Below are positions 23,470 to 35,317 of a DNA stretch of 47,162 bases, piece after piece. Under the pieces are notes generated by a model. That model was not told where the DNA came from and did not search any database. It saw only the letters and a program-made list of their open reading frames with translations. The stretch comes from Priapulus caudatus (Eukaryota), in NCBI RefSeq assembly GCF_000485595.1, contig NW_014577088.1, forward strand, positions 636,071-683,232, written 5' to 3'. The first letter of the stretch is position 1; each line of letters opens with the position of its first letter. Made by a program: the position numbers and the translations under genes.

Positions 23470-26242
23470 GTCGTGTCTTGTGATTGATAGCCTTGTCTAC
23501 TCTAAGCGATACTACCCCGTATATATTAGACGTTGCCTACGATGAGCATACGGCAGCAGACTCTTTCGCATCTGTTATCCGTGCGCATATTGCGCATGAT
23601 TTACACCAATTATTGCAGGCTGCGAGGAGAATGTTCGGTTCAAGTCACACATAGAAGTTTCGTTAACTATAGTTTGTGATCATCATCCCCGGTTATCGTC
23701 ACCAGACATGAAACACGCAGTAGTACGTCATGTACATTACATCATATCCCTATGCATTATTATTATCTATAAGCTAAAACAAGTAGTGTATGTGTTTGAA
23801 AGCGCCGCCGTTGACGCTCTGTGTATATGTGAGCTTAGACTAGAGTGCTACAGGTTAGTGATAACGCATTCCATATGCTAACCCATAAACGATTCAGGCC
23901 TATAAAGAGCCATACTCTACGATGTTGTCGATAAATGCTCAATAAAATCAACCATAAAACTTGACTTTTTCAATTTTTAAACACACACCCGCGCGCACGG
24001 TTATATACGCATACATTACCGTAAACACGCAAAAACGTTTAAATTTCGGGAATACGTTAGTATACTAGTATACATTATTCGCTATCATGCAACGGGGAAT
24101 CATCATATCATAAACTAGTTTCCCAGTAATCTGGTTAACCAGTATCTCTCCGCTATAGTGCTATACAACACGGCGATGAGTGTGCGATCGCATCATGTTT
24201 ACATAGATAAAGTGGTGCCGCTATATAGATGCGTTTACGTGACGCCTGGTTCAGACTAGTCTGGTATATGTATTCGCCGACTCCACCCCAATCTCCCCTC
24301 TCTGTATCTCATTCTCTCTCATTCTCACCACAGCGATCACGTGACTAATGGATTTCGATAAAATTGCGCCGCCGTAACAAACAAGAGAGCAATTTTCATT
24401 TCTGTGGTGAGATTGATTCTCCCTATCTCATTCGCACTTTTTTCACGTACACATTTTCACTAACACACATATACACACGCACATTCGTTGATACACGCAC
24501 ACACACACGCGCACAGGTCGCACGTACAGAGTCGGGCAAATATTTGTCTGTAATCCACCACATCCTAGTTTCTAGTATAATTCTATCATCCCCTGACCCA
24601 GCAATTATGCGCGCGGTGTGTAGAAACGGATATTGGCGCAGCAAGAGTATACTGGGTGGCGAAGCATACGGCTAAACATATATTGTGCGAGTAGGTATAT
24701 TAGTAAAATAACAACTTTAACGTAAACTCGAACGGTAACCCGCTAATAGATACATAACGACGTATTTAAGTTTTACTGGGAGACTGACATACTGCAAGCT
24801 TTCTGTGAAACGTTCTTGGAAGTGTATGGCGAGAGGGCAACAGGAGATTCTAAAATTGTGACCTCCCGTATAAGGGGGAGTGTGTGCACTACTAAGCGTT
24901 ACTCGGCTACTGCGAAGGACGTACGCGTCTTAGCGCTAAAGTATTTGGCTCAGTTATTAAAATTTGTCTGGAAGTAAATTTGAAAACTAATAAATTTTGT
25001 AAACAAAAATTTGATATCGATATTTTGCTTAATATATATCGAAATTGTTATTATATTCACCTGTTCAAATAAAAAATAAGACAACAATACACTACGTATA
25101 CCGCTGTGTTAGACAAACCAACACCAACACGTTGAAGCTCACACATCAACTCTATTATATAGTATATCTGCATGAGGCTATAAATACGTATTATTTATTT
25201 ATTATGGTCAAAAGAAGGTATATTTAGCTTCTATATTATATTGGTGTGGTGTTGGTGTGGTGGTGGTGTGTGTGGTGTGTGTGTGGTGTTTTGTGGCTGT
25301 GGTGTGTGTGTGTGTGTTTGTGGTGTGTGTGTGCTGTTGTGTGCGCGGCGNNNNNNNNNNNNNNNNNNNNNNNNNTGCGCTGTGTGTGTTGTGCTGTGTG
25401 GGTGTGTGTGGTGCTGTGTCGGTGTGTGTGTGTGTGAATCGTGTGTGGCGGCTGTGTGTGTGTGCTCCTGTGTGTCGTTGCGACGCAGAGAGGACAGGCG
25501 AGATGAGAGGAGAGAGAACAATCGGATGATTTATATATATATATATATATAACATGAAAATCAAAATTAAGATATATGGTATCATATATAATTTATTCTA
25601 TAGCTTTGAAAACATAACTTCCTCACTTCGTCTCTTGCTCAAGCTATTGACAGAGCGTAATGATTATTCCGAAGAAGAGAGGCTATCTCGAGAGCTCGCT
25701 TTATGAAATACATGTGTGACACCATATATATCTATATTGAAATTTTTTGTTATGAATCCATTAGTGTCTGCGCGCTTTTCTCAATTTTTACTCGCACAGA
25801 ATAGTGGACTCCTATGGTAATCTTTCACCGCAAGGCGTAATAACGGTATAAAGAACGAGCTAATATGCGCGACCGCCACCGAGTAGTGTCGGTCTATTAT
25901 AATTGGTCGAAATCTTTGTAAAAAATAAAAATGCTCTGGTTGAAATGCAGGCTAGCCGCGACATACACTGGTAAGTAAAAAGGCCCGTATAGACACCTAT
26001 GTCGCATATATGTATATATATATATATATATATATAATTATATAGACTGTCAGTGACAGATGATGTAACCCGTTTGTTGAAAAACCTGTTGGCATAGTTA
26101 CAGCTAGACTAGCGGACAAATATACTTTCAGAAAATTCATCTGGCAGAAATAAGGCTAGCTGGGATAACGGCTGGCTGTTTGCGGGCTGCCGGGCCTAAA
26201 CGTTATATAGATGGTTAGATTAATGGAAGGTGTGTGGTAGAA

Positions 26243-27098
26243 GGGAAATGCTATCCCCCGGGCGTGGAGGGACAGTACCGCAATGTGGCAGCACTAGTGT
26301 TAGGATTAGGGCTAGGATCAGGGTTAGGGTTAGGGTTAGGGTTAGGGTTAGGGTTAGGGTTATGGTTAGGGTTAGGGATATAAGGCCATATCTAGTACGG
26401 AAGTATGACTGTGGAATCTTTCTGTGGAAGATTTGGACTTTGAAGTATACGTCAACTGTATCACGTGACTGTCCCTCCACGCCCGGGGGGCAAATTTGCG
26501 ATTCCCAAACCGTATAGCTATGGAAGAAAGATTGAGCAACGTGATTGGCTAGAAAATGTTTAGGACACGCCTACTATCGCACGCACACCATCGCGCATTT
26601 TGCACAGGGGCTTATTTATTTTATTTCTTATTATTTTTGGCTAATTTTGTTTTATTTTAGAATTAGGGTTAGGGTTAGGGTTAGGGTTAGGATTCGGGTT
26701 AGGGTTATGGTTAAGGTTAGGGTTAAGGTTAGGGTTAGGGTTAACAGATTTCTATATCCACGAATTTAGTATCTGTCTTATTGGGTCAACGCCAGAGCGT
26801 TCGCTTCGCGATCGTAAGGTACCGCGTTCGAACACCATACGGTGTTTTTATTTTCCTCTGCGTTATGTATTTCTTTGTATTTTATTTGTTTCTGCATTTA
26901 TTTGTTCTGTAACATTTGTTTATGTTCTGAATTAAGTATATTTCTTTATAATATTAGCTAATTATAACTTAATATATTAGCTTGTTGACTAATAATGCGT
27001 GTCCTAAAATTTTTCTAGCCAATCACGTTGCTCAATTTTTCTTCCAAAGCTATACGGTTTGGGAATCGCAAATTCGCGCCCGGGGGATAGCAACACCC
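26243..27098. mobile_element. Mutator-like MITE (outer) with (TTAGGG)n array; right TIR split by a nested insertion
   Basis: Perfect 9-bp TSD GTGGTAGAA (26234-26242 and 27099-27107); left TIR gggaaatgctatcccccgggcgtggagggacagt; right TIR in two parts, 26468-26489 and 27087-27098; TTAGGG array 26300-26377. Confidence 0.85.
26490..27077. mobile_element. Mutator-like MITE (inner) with about 80-bp TIRs, (TTAGGG)n array and a tRNA-like segment
   Basis: Perfect 9-bp TSD GCCCGGGGG (26481-26489 and 27078-27086); TIRs 26490-26570 and 26997-27077, each with a CCAAT motif; TTAGGG array 26663-26742. Confidence 0.85.
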
Positions 27099-27697
27099 GT
27101 GGTAGAAGCTGTATGGTAAGGTTGGTGGTGTGTTGTAGCGCCGGTGGTATGTCGTAGTGTCGGTGCTGTGTGGTGGTGGCGGTGGTTTGTGGTGGTGTCA
27201 GTGGTGCGTGGTAGTAACTGCGTGGTCGGTATCAGAGTGAGTGCAGTGTGGTAGGGTCGGTGATGTTTGGTAAAACCGGCGATGTTGGGGGTATATGGAG
27301 GGTGGTTTATGGTGTGACATGGTCGTCGCAGAACAGCTTAGCATATTGATTACGTGGCGGTGGTAGAGTCGCGTGGGACAGATAATACTCATCACAGATT
27401 CCACGGCGGTCTACCCCCCTTGATCATGGCATGCGCTCGGTATGTTTGAATCCCTGACATAACCTCTAACGAATGAATGCGAAATTCCTAGTGTCCCTCT
27501 TCCAGTATGCACACGCCGCATTAGGTTTCCTAAATCACCTAATTGCGAGCGAGAATTCATTGAGGCAGGGTTTATCATTACGTCACAGGGGACCGCGACG
27601 GGACCGTAAGACAATAAGCGTCTCGTAATGAATTATCGATCCATGAACAGTAAGCAGTGGACACCACCAATCCCAGATTTACTGCGTATGTACTTCA

Positions 27698-27755
<58 letters not shown>

Positions 27756-29889
27756 TTATTTATTATATATGTAATCTCAAATAATATCTTTGAGAGCATT
27801 AACTCCTGATATATGTAGCGGTGTTCCAAAGCGACTTTAACAATCTATAATTGTGACTAAAATGACCAATTATCTGCGACAAGAATAATGTTCGTTATTT
27901 CAGCGGTTAGAAGCAACCGCTCCGGTCATTAACCAGTCATTTGCCGAGTTAAATTCAACGCATTCTCACTGTCGCCTGCTTCTGTTACAGTGATTGCGAC
28001 TGATAATGACTGCTAGTTGTTATAGCGACAATCACGCGCCAGTATTTATAGCGTCATGGCGCGCGCGCCAGATCAAAATCGCGTTTATTCGATTACGAGA
28101 ACAAGGCGGTCGAATCGTTCATGCTTGTGGCGAGGAAGAGTGGGAGACGAGGACGATGTATTTCGTACGTGGCCGCATCGCATGCCGGCATCCCGATCGT
28201 TGAGACAGCCTTCAAGCATCAGGTGTAAGCTAGCCACGAAGTGAGTGATGCACAGAGCCGCGTTTGCCATCTGTTTTCATTAGTTCAATTGCAGCCCGTT
28301 TTTCTTTGTGCGAAGTGTCGGAGTGTTCTTCCCCTATACAGTACATAGCCTTAGCAACGTTCGACCTCGAGTGACCGCTAAGAGCCTGCCCGCGTACACA
28401 GGCATTGTACATAGAGTACAATGAGAAAGCAGGCGATCATGTCGTCCATGCTTGGTATATAAACGTTTTTTTCGATCAAAATCCTTCCCAACGTGACGAT
28501 TATTCTGGGCAAGCTGTAAAGCTTTGTGTGCGCGCAGTATTGCATTTCTGCGCGCGAAATTAACATTAAAATTGCAGCTCTCTTTATTGCTATAGCTGCG
28601 CTGGAGAGCGAAGCGATTCGGTTACCGTCGTACGTGCGATGCGGCTACTCGCCGGGTCTCCTTACGCGCACGTTTTTGCATCCATTAGGCACAGTCGGCA
28701 ACCCTCGTTCTTTTTTTTTCGCGTGTGAATAGGGTTTTAGAATTCAAGCAAAACAAGCGAGCGGCGGCTTGAATAATTCAGGGTTGACACCAAATTGTAA
28801 GAGATATTCGGGGTGGCGGTGCGTGCATGCGCGGCGTTATATTAGCAGCCGATCTCGATCGCTTATGCGGTTTGCTGGCCGTACGCTGCTGATGTTACCG
28901 GATAGAGAAGTCAACTTCTTTTGTCCCGTTTTTTTGTGAAGCATATAGTCGTGCGAAACAAGGCGATGCGACGCACGCTGGCTGTCACATAGCGTCGCGT
29001 TATTTACCATGACATGAATACATTATTACTATGGCCGGTGGCAGAACTGAGCCATATCATGCGAGAGGTCACGGCGTAGCAGGCGGTGACGTACCATCCT
29101 ACAACACAACACGATGTATAATATAGCACATAATGTTGTGATGGCCACAGCGTGAGAACGTAGTAGAAATTGCGTGATGTGAAGAAAATTATATTTCTGC
29201 GTGCAACCGCAGTGATGATTTTTCCTGAAATAAATCACGAACAAATTATAATAACTTTATATGTGGTCTAATCAAACACGTAAAATTTGTTTACAAATAG
29301 ATAACCAAGTCTTAACGAAAATTCGTCATGAAAGGACAGACCGCGATTACAACATCGGCACGTACAGAGAGAACTTACACCCTCCAGCAATCCCCAGGCG
29401 TAGTGGGACTTAGATTTTGCATATAGATTCTAAAATTACAAGCCGTAAACGGGATTGCAGGCGCCTTGGGATATGAAACATCGTGATAATAAGGCGATGT
29501 TAATGGGGTGTCAGAGTGCTACGATCTCCGCACGGTCTCTGTACCACATCTCACGGTCCGCACAACACAATTCCGCCCGTACCACGCCTAGCTGTTGTCA
29601 CACCGCTCGCACCGCACTACGCCGCCTGCACCACGACCAAATCAAACCAATGTCCAACCCGCGTGCGCGTATCATCACGACTGCTTCCCGCACCTTCCAC
29701 ACCACGCCGCATCGCTGAGGCATAATCCGCGAGAGGGAAACCGCGGCTTCCCAAAGGAAGGTGATCCACGATGAAGGTCGGCTGACGTAAAGCGGGCTAA
29801 CCAGTAGATACAGCAGTCCGTCACGACGTTACCGCGAAGCAGCAATATAAATACACACGCGCGAAACGTTAAAATCATTGCCGAGGACC

Positions 29890-30180
29890 ACTACTCCCAC
29901 TACTCCGACGATACGACCGATACGACTATAACCAGATCCGACTATACGATATATCCGACTATAACTAGGTCCGACTATACGACATATCCGACTATAACTA
30001 GGTCTGACTATCCGAAGCCGATCCGAGTATGAGATGGAGTATCTGATGGTATGGGGCGACGGCGTGTTGCATGTGCGGGCACAGCACTACTACCGATTCG
30101 ACTATAACCAGATTCGACTATCCGAAGCCGATCCGAGTATGAGACGGCGTATCGGATGAGGCGGTGGCGTGTTGCATGTG
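29890..30180. repeat. CCGACTATA-based tandem repeat plus a duplicated ~70-bp unit
   Basis: ccgactatacgayatatccgactataactaggt twice; gactatccgaagccgatccgagtatgaga...ggcgtgttgcatgtg at about 30006 and 30116. Confidence 0.8.
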
Positions 30181-32349
30181 ATGACACAGCAGCGTACACG
30201 ACACACGGAGCGAGCGGCCGGAGGGGGGGGGGGAACACGCGACGCATAATTGCGACCGCGATTCCGCCGATGAATAAACATTGTAATCTCTGGGGCGCCG
30301 CCGTGCGAGCGAGAGCGCGGGTTCCGCTAGCCTGCACCGAGCGAATGCACCGTGATTTGAATTCGACGAAGGATTTCAATTGAGACGAAATGCAGATAAT
30401 TCCAATAATGATTTGGTAATAAACGCTGCACGGGAACATGTGCGGTGTTTGCGCAGAGAAAGTCGTAAAATCGTCTTTCGCTGCTGCCGGAAACGAGCAT
30501 CACGTTGCTCTAGAACTCTCGAGATGTCCTTCGCTGGCGAAACCAGAGCGGCGCGAAAATCTGGACGATGCGCAGGCAGTCCTGCGATGCTCTGTGCTAT
30601 AGCACTATACATCTACCTATGTAGCCCATTCGCTTCGCCACAATCAGCTGTGGTGGACCAAGAACTGCATTCGTAGCGGTAGAGCTAAGCCAGTAGGGGC
30701 TATACACAGATAGAGCTTGGCTTGTAACAGCGCGAAGGGCTACATAGGTAAAGCTATAGGCTTGTGTCGGAGAATATAGATCGTCTAAATATTTTATGTA
30801 TGTGTGCACAATGGCGTGCGTTTGTGTGTTGAAAATGAGCATTTTTACTAAGAATTGCGTAGAATTATTGGACGAAAGATATTACATAAACGTTAAGACT
30901 TCGGCAGGAAATGCAATCTCTGATTGTTTATCATCATTCTATTATTGAGACGGCTCAAGTGCCTGTGGCTCGCCGGGTCAAGCAATGCTACATTTCTTTC
31001 TCCTGTGTTTCGCAGCGCCGTTCTTGCGGTGCGCGCTCGAGACGTTAAAACGCTACGGCTCGAATGGCGCGCAATTAAGGCGAGCAACGCGCGTCGGCGA
31101 TGAAATTGCACTCTCGGAAAGAGAGCACCGCCGCCGTTTGCCACCGTCGGCCCGTAATTTATTCCAAAAATGTCGAGAACCGCCTCGTATATATATGCGC
31201 TTTCGATTATATACGCCCGAGCCACAGATATTCACGCGCACACCGACCGTGGAAATCAGCGCGTGTATATTCCGGTGGCGTCGAAGGCGGGCGCGCTAGC
31301 GGGCTGTCGCCACGTATACTGTATGTATATATACCGCACTCTATCGCTCGCCTTCACGCGTAAACGCGGGCGGTATCGCTACGATAACAGATCATCTATG
31401 CGGGGGGTGGGTACGAAGCTGGTGGATGATATGGTGGATGGCAAAAACCCCGCGGTGCCTTCGTGCCCTATAACGTGTAAACACACCAGCATCCCGCCGA
31501 GCCGCGACCGCATCCGGGTTGTCAGCTGCCGGTGGGCGGACGGGCGGCCGACCTACTCGCTACTGCGTAGATCGGCGGCTGCGAACGGGTTGCGCGCTAA
31601 CCGACGGACGCTTGACGGTTGACCCCGTCCGATGTCACGTGGTGGGCACTCGCGGTCGGCGGCAGAGAAAACGAAATAAACACGATTTTTTGTGTGTGGC
31701 GTGGATAGCACATGGCGGTAACGCCTCCTCGGCGAGCTCTCGTAAGCCCGTAATATGATGTTGCTGCTATCGCAATAAAGCGCCTTCTGCCGTCGGGAAG
31801 CACCGCACGCATGTTGCCGGTAAAGCTATATGTTTTCGTATTGCTGTTGTCATAATAAATTACCGTTTCACGATGCAGCCTCTCGTGTCTCTGGTATCAC
31901 AGACGACCTAGTTCTCCTGTATATACTTTTACTACTCCTTACTGCTTACCCGGCACTTTTTAGGCCGGCTATAGAGCCGTCTAATAATTTCCCGCGCAAA
32001 CGGGATCGAGAAGGCTTGATCCGCTTCGTTTTAAAACCGACTCGATGAGGTAACTAAAAAATACGAGGCCGTGAAAGCGACCATAATTACCGTGTAACCG
32101 CGTAAACGAGCCGGCTTATTCGAAGCGACAAGGTATTGTGACTTCGCGCTGTGCATTATGAAGCCAAGCGTTGTTAATCAACGGAACCTCAAAGCCACAT
32201 CATCTCACTGATACATCGAGCGGCATTCTCCTTCTGGTTTCCTATCCTCTTTGTCCGCTTGGTATCTTAAATCAGCTTCGCCTAATGGCATTTTAATCCA
32301 TTTTGTTCTCCTAGTGTCATAATCGACATCTGCTACGGGCGTCTTTAAC

Positions 32350-32640
32350 CACCCACTCCTGCTGATGTCTCAAGCTAGTTTCTCCTGCTGACGTCATGCC
32401 CTACCGTTTCCTGTTGGTGTCCTGAACCACCTTTTCCCGTTGGTGTCAAAACCCGTGCATTCTCTATGTGATGTCATATAATCGATTTTCTTGCTAGAGT
32501 AATAAATACTACCTTTTCTTGCTTGTGTCATAAATCATTTTCTTTTCTGACGTATTGACAACATTTCCTTTCCTCTAGTGTTGCCATAAACCGTGCCATA
32601 AACCAGCTCCGTATGTAGATGCTATAAACCACCTTTCCCT
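32350..32640. repeat. Old degenerate ~26-bp minisatellite (TCCTGYTGRTGTC core)
   Basis: tcctgctgatgtc, tcctgctgacgtc, tcctgttggtgtc and tcccgttggtgtc at 26-bp spacing, decaying downstream. Confidence 0.65.
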
Positions 32641-32757
32641 TCACTATTATAGAACGAGACGGCCCTCCCCCCGAGAAGTGCCAGATCTGTCCACGATTAC
32701 CCACCCATTCTCATATTCTTGGTTCAGCGTCCATACCTCTATATCTTAGTCAAAGAT

Positions 32758-32788
<31 letters not shown>

Positions 32789-32951
32789 CTCTCCTCTCTC
32801 TCTCTTCTCTCTCTATATTTATATATATATATATATATATCAGAGAGCTAATAAGTATACTGGTATTATTAGCTCTTGATATATATATATATATTGTAAC
32901 GATATATATATATCTATGCATTATGACGTACTTAGCTAGTATTCTATCACA

Positions 32952-32970
32952 GCACACACACCACACACGC

Positions 32971-33001
<31 letters not shown>

Positions 33002-33020
33002 CAGCGCACGCGCACACACA

Positions 33021-33051
<31 letters not shown>

Positions 33052-33175
33052 CACACACACACCATACACACACACACGTTCTCTCTCTCTCACACACCAC
33101 ACACACACACACGATACACACACACACGTTCTCTCACACACACACCACACACACACACACACACCACACACACAC

Positions 33176-33206
<31 letters not shown>

Positions 33207-33220
33207 CACACACACACATT

Positions 33221-33272
<52 letters not shown>

Positions 33273-33291
33273 CACACACCACACACACACA

Positions 33292-33343
<52 letters not shown>

Positions 33344-33390
33344 CGCACGCACGCACACACACACAACACACACACACACACACACACACA
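32952..33390. repeat. (CA)n microsatellite; similar CA/GT tracts at about 3001-3234, 5335-5435, 6337-6447, 11582-11690, 12590-12692, 14695-14756, 15660-15738, 16070-16133 and 25243-25474
   Basis: Seen directly; source of the poly-CV and poly-HT ORFs. Confidence 0.95.
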
Positions 33391-33586
33391 AGCTTTATAT
33401 ACAAACTCCTCTTGATTGAGACAATAGATCCGTTCTCGTAGATGTCATACCTGAGTCACGAACATGACCTATATTGCCTGCAAACGTCTACATTCAACAA
33501 TATCAAAGGCAATTCAGCCGGGTGTTATGTGATACCTGCCATGATTACAGCGACCGCAACAGCCACAGCAGAACGCATACACTTAC

Positions 33587-33812
33587 TTGTCAGTGGCTGC
33601 ACCGGGGTGTAGGTTCCCGGGGAAGGATTGCCGTGGAAGCGGATCCGGAATTCGTTGTCTCCCGACGTCCTTGCGACGCCCTGCGCCACCGACGACGGCA
33701 TGCATGCGAGCTTGCTCTCCCGCTGCGCCGCGACGTCGCCGACGCACGTTAAAAGAGTCACGGCGGCGACGACGACGACGGCGGCGACGCACGTGGGCGT
33801 CGAGGCTGACAT
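33587..33812 (-). CDS. SPON1: F-spondin exon 1: signal peptide and start of Reeler domain
   Basis: AAG-ATG start; MSASTPTCVAAVVVVAAVTLLTCVGDVAA hydrophobic leader; C..RTSGDNEFRIRFHGNP..TYTP resembles the F-spondin N-terminus; donor A|GTAAGT, phase 1, matches exon 2 (A+TC = Ile). Confidence 0.88.
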
Positions 33813-34260
33813 CTTGTTAGACGTCGGTCAAGTTTCGTTGTCTTTGCAAACTTCTAGAGGCGTCGATGGCCGACGTTCGGCTGAATGTATGCTTCCGCGA
33901 AGAAGACACGGCACGCGTGAGATGCGGGAGTCAAATCTTCACTTCTGATCTGAATGTACCGTGGTCACTTCTATAGAACTACAGCTGTAGCCGCTCGTGT
34001 CCCGTGCGACTGGCTGCTTTCCGGGTTCTCGGTTTCGGAGCGACGTGCGGCCTACGTCGCGCAAACAGTGTCGGCGAGGCGAGGTGTAGTGTGACGAAGT
34101 CTTACGATCGACAGCGTGCCAGAGTTGCGCGCCGTACGCGTACGTGTCTGTCGGCGTGTGCGTCGCTGTGTGTTTATGCGAGCGCGCGCGCGTGTGCGTG
34201 CGAGTCTTCCTGGATGCATCAGCAGCGGAAGGGTTGCGAGGCGCTGTGCGGCGTCACCGC

Positions 34261-34273
34261 GTCACGTGACGTC
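34261..34273. promoter_or_regulatory. Palindromic E-box GTCACGTGAC overlapping a CRE-like TGACGTC, about 450 bp upstream of the F-spondin ATG
   Basis: Motif seen directly in a CpG-rich stretch; a further TTACGTCA at about 34399. Function is inferred only. Confidence 0.3.
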
Positions 34274-35317
34274 CGACCGGCGAATCGCGGCCGGCCGCCG
34301 CGCATTCACGTGCGGACGCGTGGCGAACCTGACAAGGGACTAATTCAATTATCCGGAACCCTCGACGCGAGTTGCGTAAGCGCCGATAATACTATGTATT
34401 ACGTCACATCATCCAGGGCAGGCAGACGCGGGCAGGCAATAACCGACTGGGTTTTAGCCCCAATCGTGTAATTACGGCCACGATTCATTATAGCGTTGTA
34501 TTGACGTTACACGTTGATAAGATGATGATGGCGTGTGCCAGCAGCCAGTCTACACAGTAGCTACGTATGGGCGTATATGCTACGTTCTATATCGGTGTGC
34601 AGTGATCTTGTCGTTTCGCACCGATGTGATAGTCATGTAGTAATCATGTAGTTGAAGCTAAAAATGCGTGCTGGTCATAACGATCGATCGTATCAATAGC
34701 TATTTTTAGGCTATAATCTATGCTGCGTATACGTATCCCGAGTTACTCGCAATATAGGTAATCTATAGATACATTTACAGAAAACGACGTTGTACCCAAT
34801 GATAAAGAAATTAATGGTAAAATATCATCAATCAGCTGTTAAATACTAATATATGCATATAGATAGAACGCATTATCGTTTAATACAGATGGCACCATGA
34901 CCTCTACGGGACTTGTTATGATAAAGCAATTATTGCGTGCTCAAAACCTCGCGTGCTATAATGCTGCCGTAGTTACTTTCAGTCTTCATCGTTACAGCAG
35001 CTGTTGTTGGTTATCGGAGGCTTATGGGTGGGTGTGTATAGAGCTATAGGGTTCGCCTACATAAGCCTCTATTTGCTGATACGTCGCGATATTACGGGAT
35101 CCCGGCTCATGCGAGATTGCTTTTAATATGACCATCGGCAGGGAGGAAATTACACGATACGCGGGGCAGGCAACTCTCTGTCACTCGCCGTGAGAGGGGA
35201 ACGCCGAGTCGAATGCTGAATCCTGAAAGAAACAGCCGATCAGATTTAATAGTTGGCTGATATGCCGTGGCTGACTATGAATGCATGTGTTTGGAAAATA
35301 GGATATATGATATAGGA

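Larger units (their letters stand above)
9239..33812 (-). other. SPON1: F-spondin / spondin-1-like gene span (10 exons identified, 3' end missing; intron 1 about 15.1 kb)
   Basis: Exons 1-7 join in frame at GT-AG sites to give signal peptide + Reeler + Spondin_N; three further exons encode TSR1 repeats. This is the F-spondin domain order. Confidence 0.93.

Noticed and set aside
24121..24781. CCCAGTAA...TTACTGGG as possible CACTA-type termini
   Set aside because: Only about 9 bp of complementarity and no matching TSD.
26300..26742. (TTAGGG)n arrays as a chromosome end or fusion scar
   Set aside because: Short, same orientation, intronic, and each enclosed by TIRs with TSDs.
29753..29768. aaaggaaggtgatcca, similar to the reverse complement of the bacterial 16S rRNA 3' end
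   Set aside because: Imperfect 16-mer with no rRNA similarity on either side; chance match.
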